Below are positions 51,628 through 64,000 of a stretch of 64,000 nt of DNA, piece after piece. A program made the position numbers and the translations under genes. The notes beneath the pieces were generated by a model, which was given only the letters and a program-made list of their open reading frames with translations, was not told the DNA's origin and ran no database searches. The stretch is taken from NCBI GenBank assembly GCA_951406725.2, contig OX597818.1, forward strand, positions 22,010,001 through 22,074,000. Reading direction: 5' to 3'. Each line of letters begins with the position of its first letter. The first letter of the stretch is position 1. The DNA is from Octopus vulgaris. Taxonomy: Eukaryota.

Positions 51628-54600
51628 ATAATATAACATGAGGATAGAGGATATCAAGCTTTAATAGTAGATCACAATATTTGTATTTGCACAGCATACT
51701 AGCTTTAAGTTGCTGAGTTTATATTCAAAAACCATTATTGAAGATTATTCTTTAAAATTAGTATATAGTTGAATATTTTTCAGCATGTGTATTCAGCCCT
51801 GGAATATATCCTACTGTAGGATATACCCTACTGTGGTAGCCAAATAACAACATAAGAATTCTTAAATGCATGTTATGAGGTTTTTACCCAAATTATATTG
51901 GATATATAAATAAGAATCTAAAAGAAAAAAAAACAGCTGTGTAACCCAATATGTGCTCCATCTTTCATCTATAATTTGGTGATTTTGGTCACATTTGTTG
52001 TAATTCTAGATATCTTAGCCCAGAGCAAAAAGATAATGATACATCTTGAGGGAAACTGTACTTTCAAATATTATTGTTGGACCTAATATATCTTACATAT
52101 GTGTTTAATAAACAATGGTGCTCACATTCTTATTCAATGGCATAATATCGATCCCTTAGGTAAGCAAAATGTCACAGGGATGAAACAACTGTCAAATTCT
52201 CACACATACATGCCAAGTTTATTATTCTTTGCAGTTTCAGACATATGTCACTCAGATCTGCAGAAACACTTCTACATTAATATTCTATTATTATTTAATC
52301 TTTAAAGTGCTGTGAGTGAAACTCTCATAGCCAAGGAAGATGTCTACAAGACTTAGTGAAAGATGTCTGGATTTGATGGGTTTTAAATGGAATTGATCAC
52401 ACACATGTACACATATGCTATCATATACAGCTAGTTGATATATATTTCTTTATATTTATATACAATTTTCTTTATAATTTGTCCTTTCCATGGTTCGCTT
52501 GGAGAGTTATCATCATCATCATCATCATCATCAGTGCCTTATCTAATATGGGTTTCAAATTTTGGCACATGAGCAGTAATTTTGGGCGATCGGTTAAGTT
52601 GATTTGATCGACCTCAATACATCCCTGAAAGGATGGAAGGCAAAGTCAACCTCAGCAGAATTTGAACTCAGAATGTAAAGACAGATGAAATGCCGCTAAG
52701 CATTTTGCCTGGCATGCTAATGATTCTGCCAGCTTGCTGCCATTGTGTCTTATCTGCACTCCCAATGTATATTTTATTTAAATATCTATTGTATTTGAAA
52801 ATATGTGTATATGCACATGTTAGTAAAGATTTATGTATACTGTACATGTGGAAAGTCTCAATTATGGCCAAGCTATTAAAATGAAAAATCAGTAAATTTT
52901 AAAATGGAGAGACACATTGAACAATTTAGACATATATATATTATGTCTGAAATAAGAAAAGGATAGGCTGGATTGTTATATGAATTTTCCCAGCATTGCT
53001 AATCAATTGTATTTGGAGAAAGCAAACCAGTTTACTTTGTTCTTAGAGAAATCCAGCATTTCTAAATTATCACATAAATCACTTGCTACATAGCTCAGTG
53101 CATCTATAATAGGTACAAATGAAAACCTGTAGCCTGATGCAAGAGTTGTAAGTTTTTCGTTAGTTCGTAGTTCTTCATAGGTGTTTTCCTTTTTCCCAAT
53201 TTTTGACTCATATCTACCAGACAGCTGATATCTATAACAAAACATTACCTGGCCTAATGTGTTTACACCAAGTTGCTATTTTTATTGAAATGTTTCACTA
53301 GTGTTCTTTCTTTTCAAAGGTGTGGATGCATTCTGATTCTGTTGTGCATTTGGTATGACCATCAGGGCAATCTTTCTTACGAATAGTAATGTAGATGGTT
53401 TTAGTGATATCATGTCTCAGGTAGTATCTTGCAGACATATTTAGACAGATACTGGGGGTTTAGAGACATCTTCATCTCTCTTATTGATCAGATATTTAGT
53501 AGCTATCACCTGTTAGTGAGGCATAACTTTTTAGGTGAGGTGTGATGTAGCTGTCATAAATCAAATAGAAGCTACAATTCTTGTCAATCATGTTAGTATT
53601 CCCAGTCTTATGCCCATGCATAACTTTCTGCAGTCATGATTAGTATTTCTCCTCAAAATCTTTGTTTAAGTAGGTCAGCCCAGCTACCCATTGTACTCAC
53701 AATACCTATTCAGAAGTTCTGTGCCTAAGCTTATGACAGTATTTTGTGTTAATTTCCTCTTAATCTCTCCCTCTCTTTCATATGTATGCATGTATACACA
53801 CACAAATTGAATAATAGAACATCAAAAATAATAAAAACAAAACAACAAGGGTACATGCACATGGAATGTATTAGTTTGACATTCGGTAAAGGTAGAAAAA
53901 AGAGAGGATTTTTGACATTTTGAACACAGCTCTTCATCAAAAAGGGAAGTGGAAACGTCCAGAGAAGGAAAAATATCAGTAACTGCACATGTGTGGTTAC
54001 ATGGCTGAAGTATATATAAAATCATCACATTAGTGGGTAGTGTTATTTTGAAACAGGTTTTATGTATGTTCAGTCTCAATACCTGAACACAGTGAAAAGC
54101 TATAAATGTGACTTTTGTAGTAAAGCTATAAACATGACTTGTTAAAATCATGACAAAAAAATCAGACAGATGTTCATGTTTTGTCAGAATTTTGTGTTTC
54201 TTCATACACATGTTACACATATCACATGCACACTACACATATCATACATGCATACTATATACATACCACACACGTGCTATATATACATACCACACACTTA
54301 TATGACATAGTCATTCTCAACACACACACCATAGTTAACAAGTACTTGCACTAAAAGTACTCATGCTTTAATTAAATAAAAGTTAAATGTAAAAAGCAGA
54401 TAGTGAAATTAAGAATGATCAACAAGTTCAAACAACTAATACATACATTTCTCTGTCTGACTCTTCGTGTGATCATTTGCATGTTCATCATTATCATAAT
54501 CATCAACAAAATCTTAAAAATGACGTCTATTCTGTTCAAGACTTTAGACTGTGGAGTTTTGTAGTCTACTTTTTTATTTTCATTTATTTATTGTCAGAAT

Positions 54601-54850
54601 CTGAAGAATACATTGCAACTAGATGATGTGAACTTAAACTCTTAAATTAAAAATATTATCGCCTTACTGGCACTTGTGCCCCATGCTAGCATCGTTACCA
54701 GAGCGGCTAACTGGCACGTAAAAGGCACCATTCAAGTGTGATCGTTACCAGCATCGCCTTACTGGCACGTGTAAAAACATTCAAGCGAGGTCGTTGCCAG
54801 TATACTGCCTGACTGGTCCCCGTGCCGGTGGTACGTAAAAGCACCCACTA

Positions 54851-55466
54851 TACCCAGCACTGTTTATTCTTGGCCACCTGGCTCCAGTTTGGCCCTATAA
54901 CCTGGTTATTTCACCACCTTCATGCTGGATGGTTTATTAGATGCTTATAATCTCACTGGCACTGTCCTGACACTGGTTTAATTGTCATTTGTTACACATA
55001 TTATTTTGTTTTAAAATCATCATCATCATTGTTTAACATCCGCTTCCATGCTAGCATGGGTTGGACGATTTGACTGAGGGCTGGTGAACCAGATGGCTGC
55101 ACCAGGCTCCAATCTGATCTGGCAGAGTTTCTGCAGCTGGATGCCCTTCCTAATGGTTGGCATTAGGAAGGGCATCCAGCTGCAGAAACTCTGCTAGATC
55201 AAGATTGGAGCCTGGTGCAGCCATCTGGTTCACCAGCCCTCAGTCAATCGTCCAACCCATGCTAGCATGGAAAGCAGATGTTAAACAATGATGATGATGA
55301 TTATAAAACAAAATGATATGTGTAACAAATGACAATTAAACCGGTGTCAGGACAGTGCCAGTGAGATTATAAGCATCTAATAAACCATCAAGCATGAAGG
55401 TGGTGGAATAACCAGGTTATAGGGCCAAACTGGAGCCAGGTGGCCAAGAATAAACAGTGCTGGGTA
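54851..55466. repeat. Near-perfect palindrome, ~305-bp arms with a 5-nt spacer
   Basis: 54851-55155 is the reverse complement of 55161-55466 with few mismatches. Confidence 0.95.
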
Positions 55467-55987
55467 GGCTCAAGAGAGGGGTTCCTCTAGTTGCAGCAAT
55501 ATGTATCATGATGATACATATCTTTCTTTCTTTCACTCTTTGTGTATAGACACAAGCATGGTTGAGTGGTTAAAAAATTTACTTCCAAACTATGTGGCTT
55601 CAGATTCAGTCTTATTGCATGGCAGCTTGAGCAAATGTTTTCTACTACAGCCCTTGGCCAGCCAAAGTCATGTAAGTGGATTTGGAAATAAAAAGAAGCC
55701 AATCATATCTGTGTGTGCATGTGCACGTATGTGTATTTTGTGTGTGTCATATTTGTGCTTGTGTCCCCTTGTCTTAGCATTATGCAAAAATTACGAAAAA
55801 AGTGCCACCATTCTGTTTCCAGTTTTCCATAAGAATATGTCAGGCCTTAAGAAATATTACCTTACTTAGAAACAGATGGTTTGAAACAGAAAGCCTTAAT
55901 AAATTCCATTTCACTCATGGAAACATGGAAAAATGGACATTAAAACAACGATGATGAATATGCTGAATATATATATATATATATATA

Positions 55988-56276
55988 TAAAGAATAAAAA
56001 GTTTTGAATGGTACAACAATGCACTATAATACAAACAATGGGCTATATACCTGTTGTAATTTAGTCATCCATTGTCTGATAATATTTCGGAATAAAATTC
56101 CTTCTTCAAATATTCTTAGATGGAGTTGCTATATAACCAATTATAGCAACGACTCCATCTAAGAATATCTGAAGAGAAATATTATCAGACTATGGATGAC
56201 TAAATTACAACAGGTATATAGCCCATTGTTTGTATTATAGTGCAGTGTTGTACCATTCTAAACTTGTTATTCTTTA
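55988..56276. repeat. Inverted repeat (~140-bp arms) between (TA)n tracts, each arm with a hammerhead remnant
   Basis: Arms at 55988-56133 and 56142-56276. Confidence 0.9.
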
Positions 56277-56311
56277 CAAACAATACACAATGCTTCAAGC
56301 AAACTACAATA

Positions 56312-56370
<59 letters not shown>

Positions 56371-57646
56371 ATACATACATAATTATCACCCTTTAACATC
56401 TGATTTTCATGCTACAATGGGTTGGACTGTTTGGCCAGAGCTGGCAAGCTGCAGATGGTTCCAGACCAATTTGGCTTGGTTCCTACAGCTGGATGCCCTT
56501 CCTAGTATTAACCACTTTATAGTGTGTGCTGGGTGCTTTTTATGTGGCACTGCATGAACACTCTAACATGGCATTGGCACAAATGCTTTTTATGTGACAC
56601 CGGCACAAGTGCATTTTGCATAGCATTGGGACAAGACTCTTGCAGAACAGTCCTCTTCACCAGGGGGAGTGGCCCTAACACTTCTCCTGTGAAGGATGGT
56701 TCTTCTTGCACACACACATATTTATAAACATATTGTTACGAATGAAAAAATTATATTGGGATAATTTCTCATTAGTATAATGCAAATTAGAACACCACTC
56801 TCTGGTTTTGCAAGCGAAGACAAAAAAAAATTCTTTGTAGTCACATGACTGTTTAAAACATAGGTGGTATGATTCTGGCACACTGTTACAGTGTGGGTGA
56901 AGTATAAAGACTATCATTGCTCACATGGCAAGTTAGTTTGTGCTGGAAGATGATGAGCAATGGGCAACGTGATGAAAGTTGACATGAGTAGTTTTTTTAT
57001 GTAGTAGCTGGTGCCATGTGATCGATGTGTGAGATGGTGCCGGGCAAAATTCATGTGGAACAGTTGACACAGTATCTGGTGTCAAGTGTGAAGTTGGTTT
57101 CGGCAGTTAATGTGAAAACTGAAAGGTTTTGAACTGGCTGTGAAAATAGTGAACTAGGCAACGTAAAGAAGGTAGAATAGTACCGTGTATTGAGAAGTAA
57201 CAAGAGTCCAGTTGCAAAAAAAAAAAAAGTAATAAAAAAGATAGACTATAAATCATTAGATTGGTGAATAAAAGAAGAGTTCACCAAAAGGTCTTCACAT
57301 TTCAGAGGTAAATGAAAGAACTCTCTAAAGAACTATATATTTATTCCATAAATGCTATTGGCCTCTTAATTAAAGTTCTTGTATTTAGGTTATATTCAAC
57401 GGTTTTATTTGTTATTTCCAACTCTTCTGACTTCTTTGACTACTGCTTCTTCAGCTCTAAGCAAGTTGGTTTGCTGGGCTCACCTATGCAGCCTTCTGAG
57501 CTATCAAATACAGACTGTTGTATTGTAGGTAGTTTCTGGAGACCGCGTGCAGTGAAACAATATATATAGTTATATGTATATGTATAAATATGTCTATGTA
57601 CATACATACATATATATATGTATGTATATGTATGTATATATATGTG

Positions 57647-57689
<43 letters not shown>

Positions 57690-57881
57690 ATGGATGGATT
57701 GTGGTGTAGGAACAAGGTGAGCTTCAAGCAATCTGTAGAAAATATAAAAAACAACTTTCAGCAACAATAGTGGTTTATTGGGGCAGAAAGTTGTGGATCT
57801 TTTTGTATCTGAGTATAATAAGCTGAAAATATTTTATATTTCACAGTAGGCAGCTAGGGTTGTAAGGTATGTGAATAAAAA

Positions 57882-59192
57882 ATACAAGAGTTAAGGAATG
57901 GAGTACATAAGATCTGGGCTATATATGTTTCATAGTGAGTGGAACCTTGGAAGTAGTAAGATATCCAAACAAGGTGTATACTACAGGCTACTCTTTAGGT
58001 CAAGGGTATCTTGGTTAAATGAAGTTTACATTGTCGTAAGGAGTTACATATTAACACACAAAAGATTCGATCAGAATGCGTAGAGAGCATGGTTTGGGTG
58101 GAGAATATAAGTGTAAAGAAAAGTTAGGAATATAAGAGAGAAAATAGAAAAGAATAAAGAAAACAAAATATAAAGGAATAGGAGAGTTACAAGTAAAGCA
58201 AGGTCATTTCACAGGTGGTTTTCAATAGGGCTATTTTGGATAGAGTTGTAGAGATATGAAAGGGGATTCGTATTTGAATAGGAGAATATTGAAGGAAAAG
58301 TGGTGGTATTTGTGGTTAAGAGGGATGAAGTGATGGTAAAGTAATAAAACTGAAAGTCTAGAAGGAATGAGGAAGAATTGTATACTACAATCTAAGAATT
58401 AAAGAATGTATATTGTTGAGCACATGTCTGTACTGTATGAAACAGAAGAGTATGCAGGTGTAAGTACTTGTAAGTTTACAAAGGGAGTAGGGATAGGTGT
58501 GGAAATAGGTGAAATAAGAGAAATTTTAGGGTAATGTTAAGGAAAGATAAAGAAAGACAGATATAAGCAAGAAATAAGGAATTATAGAGAATATATTGGT
58601 ATTTTTATATTTAATGGTTGTGAAGGTAAATAAGAAGGAATGTCTATGATAGCAGAGGAGAAGCTAGGGAATGATGCAGGGTGGGGTGGTATTTGTATTT
58701 TGAGAATAGGTTGCATAATCTATGCCTGCATGTAAAAATTATGCTGTTGCATTCATTAAGACAATCAGTGGATTGCATAATAGATAAGACTTCAGCTATA
58801 GAATGATCACACTAATTATATTTTGGCATGAATGACTAGAATGTAAGAAATTGATTCATTCTTGAGTTTATGGATAAACTGAGACAAACGCTGTTGGATT
58901 TTGTTTGGGACTTTTTTTTATTCTTTTCTATTTTCTTTCTTATATTCCTAACTTTTCCTTACAATTATATTCTCCACCCAGACCATGCTCTCTACGCATT
59001 CTGATTGAATCTTTCGTGTGTTAACATGTACCTCCTTACGACAATGTACACTTCATTTAATCAAGATACCAATGACCTAAAGAGTAGTCTACAGTATACA
59101 CATCATTTGGATATTTACCACTTCAGAGATTTCACTCGCTATGAAACATATATAGCCCAGATTTTATCAACTCCATTCCTTAAATCTTGTAT
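57882..59192. repeat. Diverged inverted repeat, ~280-bp arms around a purine-rich spacer
   Basis: ~57882-58163 against ~58915-59192 (e.g. cagaatgcgtagagagcatgg / ccatgctctctacgcattctg). Confidence 0.9.
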
Positions 59193-62111
59193 ATATTTAT
59201 ATATATATACATACATACATACATACATCCAACTCATGACAGCATGGATCATGGACGTTGAATGATGATGATGTGTATATATATATGTGTGTGTGTGTGT
59301 GCTAAGAAGTTTGCTTTCCAACGTGGTTCTGCGTTCAATCTGATTGCATAGCACCTGGGACAAGTATCTTCTACTAAAGCCTTGGACTGATCAAAGCCTG
59401 TGAGTTGATATGGCAGACAGAAACTGAAAGAACATCATGTGTGTTTGACCATCACTTGATAATTGGAGTTGGTTTGTTTACGTCTCCATAATGCAGCAGT
59501 TGGGCAAGAGAGACTGATAAAATAAGTACCAGACTTAAAAAACAATTACTGGGGTCAATATATCTTATTAAACCTTCAAGGTGGTGCCCTAGAATGGCCA
59601 CAGTATAATGACTGAAACAAGAAAAAGATGTATACATCTACAGTAGTGTTATCAATCCTGGTAAGTCTGTTATGTCCCCACTTTTTGATGGTGACAGAGG
59701 TTCTAGGTCTTCCACAGAAAAAGCTGACCTCTTTGCTTTATTGTTTACTACTAACTCTAACCCAGAAGGGGAAGCCATGTACTGGCTCCTGTCCATCCAT
59801 CATACTTTCATATCATTTGATACTATATCTCACTCGGTTGAAGAGTCTTGTCAGTACTTGGGGATCTCATCAATGCTGATGCCATGAAAAAATCATCTAG
59901 TACACTCCGTAAAGTGATTGCCATTAGGAAGGGAACCCAGCTGTAGAAACCATGCCAAAGCAGACAATCGAGACTGACATAACCCTCTGGCTCATTGGTT
60001 CATGTTCAACTGTTCAACTCATGCTAGCATGGAAAAAGGGATGTAAAATGATGACAACGACAACACAGACAGTCCCAAGCATACGCAATTACTATGTTTA
60101 CTATTGTCTGAACATTGATTACTATACAAAATTAACATCATCATCACTTTAAAGTTCACTTTCCTATACTTGCATGGGTCAGATGGAATCTGTTGAAGTA
60201 GACTTTCTATGACCAAATGTCCTTTTTGTTGCCAACTTTCACTTGTTTCCAAGATATTTTCCCATGGCCAGACATGCTTCCTTGGAAGGCTGGATATGAC
60301 AAACACAGCTTGTATGATAGTGACATTTGCTTACAACAATCACACAATGTCAACACAAATATACATATAATCAAGACATCATAAAGAAGAATGGAGAATT
60401 ATAGACCTTCAGAATATATTTATTACAGAATTATTTTTATTAAATTCCAATCCGACACGTATTTCTGCTAGATATGTGTCCCCTCTCTCTCTTTCGGAGA
60501 GGCCAAAAAATCAAATGGAAACTGTAGTTATGATACCTGTGCCGGTGGCACGTAAAAAGCACCATCCGAACGTGACCGATGCCAGCGCTGCCTTGACTGG
60601 CTTCCATGCCAGTGGCACGTAAAAAGCACCAACTGATCATGGCCATTGCCAGCCTCGCCTGGCACCTGTGCCGGTGGCATGTAAAAAGCACCCACTACAC
60701 TCACGGAGTGGTTGGCGTTGGGAAGGGCATCAAGCTGTAGATTGGAGCCTGGTGCAGCCTCCTGGCTTCCAAGACCCCAGTCAAACTGTCCAACCCATGC
60801 TAGCATGGAAAACGGATGTTAAACGATGATGATGATGTATCCTAGTGTAAATGCTACATCATAGCCATACCAGTTCAGAGAACAGCCCATTCATTTCCAA
60901 AAATTTATTCCATAAATATCTTCCCAATATTGCTCATATTTTAGATGTAATTAGACTTTCACACAATCTCTTCTCTGAAGAGCTGTGGAAAACTATATAC
61001 AGCTTATATATAAGTGAACTCTAAAGTCCCCCACTCCACAGTTCTCTGCTCCTTCCAAACAGTTCAAGAAAGTGCTGGCAAGCAACCATGCACATGTTTG
61101 GAAATGGACACCACACACCAATTAGTGTCCATCAAAGACCAGATGGTAGCTTTCTTGCATTGACTATTAGCAATTTTCATATTGAAATTGTTCTTCATGA
61201 ACTATGCATGACCTTTACAATGTATAATTAATCAAGAGAATTTGAATTTAAGTAAGACAAAGTTCACTTGTCTTTCATATAAAGTTTCTCATATTTATTC
61301 TTAATCATCTCTAGCAATGATAACTACTGAGATAAGATGTGTTTATCAGCTGTATAAGTGATGCCAAAATACATAAAGAAATAGGTTAGCAAGTTGAAAT
61401 GAATTGTTAAATAAAACAAAAGAAAATATATAAAAGTAATGTGAAGTATACACATGTGTATGTATATTTGCATATACATCACCTTGTAGCCAGGTGATGG
61501 GAATGTTCACAGATTTAGACTAATCTATCAACAGTTCTATACAAATATAATCATTATTAAATATTTAACTTACTTTTGCATTGTTTGCAATTTTGATCTA
61601 AAGGTGGTGGATCCATTAGGATCCACCACCTCTGGTTGAAATCCCGTCTATACCACATATAACGGCTACATCTCTCTCTCTTTCTCATATGTGTGTTTGT
61701 TTATATATATATATATATATATCATTTTTTGGTTATCTTTTATTTTAGCTATTTGTCTGTGGCCATGCTGGGGCACTGCCTTCAAGAAGTTTTAGTCAAA
61801 TGTATCGAACCTAGTATATATTTTTTAAAGTCTGGTAGTTATTCTATCAGTCCCTTGTACTGAACTGCTAAGTTATGGGGATATAAACACACAAACACCG
61901 GTTATCAAGTGGTGGTGGGGGGACAAACAGACATACAGATATATACATATGACAGGCTTCTTTCAGTTTCTGTTTACCAAATCCACTCACAAGGCTTTGG
62001 TCAGCCTGAGGCTATAGTAGAAGACACCTGCCTAAGGTACCATGCAGTGGGACTGAATCTAGAACCATGTGGCTGGGAAACAAGCTTCTTACCACACAGC
62101 CACACCTGCAC

Positions 62112-62162
<51 letters not shown>

Positions 62163-62246
62163 TGATAGAAATGGTAAGACAACAAAAGAAAGAAAAAGAC
62201 CTTGATATTATGTAAATAGAGGAATTCATCTGTAAATGTAATATGT

Positions 62247-62443
62247 GACAATTATTTGGTACCCATGATAAAACTCCAAGTTTTGGATGTCGGGGTGGAA
62301 ATTCATGCCGCCATCTCTTCAGTTGTCCGGCCATCAGAAAAAATCTCTTTTTCCGATGGCTGGACAACTGAAGAGATGGCGGCATGGATTTCCACCCCGA
62401 CATCTGAAACTCTGAGTTTTATCATGGCTACCAAATAATTGTC
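62247..62443. repeat. Inverted repeat (~95-bp arms) carrying two divergent hammerhead cores; a single-arm relative lies at 48068-48180
   Basis: gacaattatttggt...ccatcagaaaaa / tttttccgatgg...accaaataattgtc. Confidence 0.9.
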
Positions 62444-63120
62444 GTATATAATATATATATATAAATATATATGTCCCAATTGAGGGGGTGGAACAGGTAA
62501 AATGTAAGTTACATTACAGCTAATTAAGAAACATGTAACATATATCATCATCATTATTTTGTGTCCGTTTTCCATGCTAGCATAGGTTGGATGGTTTGAG
62601 CTGACCAGCTGGGGAGCTGTCCTGACTCCAATTGTCTTGTGGCATGCTTTCTACAGTTGGATGCCCTTCCTAACACCAACCACTTTACAGAATGTGGTGG
62701 GTGTCTTTTATGCATCACCAGCAACAGGGTGCTTATGCAGCACCAGCATGAGTGCATTTTATGTGGCACCAGCACCTGTATGCATGGATGACAATGATAT
62801 AAATACAATCCAGGGACCCAAGTGTGGGAAGTTTGTAAGCTTCAAGCAGTAGGCAACTAGTATAGAGAACAAAAAAGTGGACAGTATATAAGATACAATA
62901 ACAATTTATTGACATTGAGAGTTGCACAATTTTTCCCATATTGAAGGTGCAAAGAAATTCGATAAGCTGAGAGTTTGTATACAGATCACTGTTAGCAACT
63001 AATGCTGCCAAAAATGCAGATAAAGTTCCAAATTGAGTGAGTTAGCTGTAGTTCATTACAGCTAATTAAGAAATACACGTAGCTTACATTTTGTCTGTTC
63101 CACTCCCTCAATTTGATACA

Positions 63121-63160
<40 letters not shown>

Positions 63161-64000
63161 CTGACATATACACACATACACTGTTCATTCATTTTAAGTA
63201 CAATTTTCTGTGCTAGCATGGCTTACACAAATATGTTACTGACACATTGTTTTACAGTTGGATATCCTTCCTGTCACTATCCCTGCATGTTTTTCAAGTA
63301 AAGGATCTCCTATTCCATTGGCTTCAAAGGTACAGTGAACAGACGATTTGTAGACAGGAGTATGAACAACAACAAACACTGGTGGTATCACAACTTTCAT
63401 ACAAGCAATCACAAATGTAAACAAATATGCACACACACATATATACATAAGTATACGAGACTGTTCTCTTTCAGTTTCTGCCTACCAAATCCAACCACAA
63501 GGTTTTAGTCAGCCAGGGGGTATAATAGAAAACACCTGCTCAAGGTGCCAGGCAGTGAGTCTGAAACCAAACCCACTTGTGGTGCCTTGGAAATGATTGA
63601 ATTAGTTGGTTTATCTAAAAAAAACTTTTCATTAATATGATCTGACACAGACATAGATTCTTGTTTCTGTATCTTCTACAACTACTACTATGGCTTCTGC
63701 TCTTCTAAACTAGCAAGCTGTTCTGAATGTATCCATCCCTCTTACTAGATTTCATCTCACTAAGATCCATGCAAGGAGCCTTCCATGTAGTCAGGCAACC
63801 TACTAGAAAAAACAAATTTGCTTCATATTACTCTCAACTGTCTTTATAAAAAAAAGTACACACTGAATATGTCCCCAGACCATCATTTAACTGTAGTTAC
63901 CATTGTACATTTCATCCTCTACAATCTTTGACATTAAGCAATTTGAAATCCTTACAAATGCTAGGTCTCACAATCTATAATGATCTTTCCTGATGACCTC

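Noticed and set aside
53000-53700. Possible decayed coding or TE fragment
   Set aside because: No motif could be assigned with confidence.
57420-57560. Possible hammerhead cores on either strand
   Set aside because: Too degenerate; no consistent fold was found.

Overview
This is AT-rich, microsatellite-rich eukaryotic DNA. The SINE and LINE content is typical of Octopus (a coleoid cephalopod); the species assignment is an inference. Positions ~6.3-23.5 kb on the + strand hold the 3' end of a SORBS/CAP/vinexin-family triple-SH3 adaptor gene. It has five coding exons with consistent phases, a stop codon apparently split across the last intron (T|GA), and a ~3.2 kb, apparently repeat-free 3'UTR with a polyA signal. 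The rest is a mosaic of transposable elements: tRNA-derived SINEs, a young 5'-truncated RTE LINE with a PHD finger, CR1-type fragments, a rearranged Penelope-like element (PLE) and a DD37D mariner relic. Two patterns stand out. First, about ten type-I hammerhead ribozyme cores occur here (two essentially intact); apart from the one beside the PLE they sit in short, mostly unrelated, coding-free modules, often between (TA)n tracts, and two modules form palindromic twin-hammerhead units. Second, there are several long, near-perfect local inverted duplications, one inside the gene's last intron. Most short ORFs in the supplied track are spurious. All alignments and identities were judged by eye.
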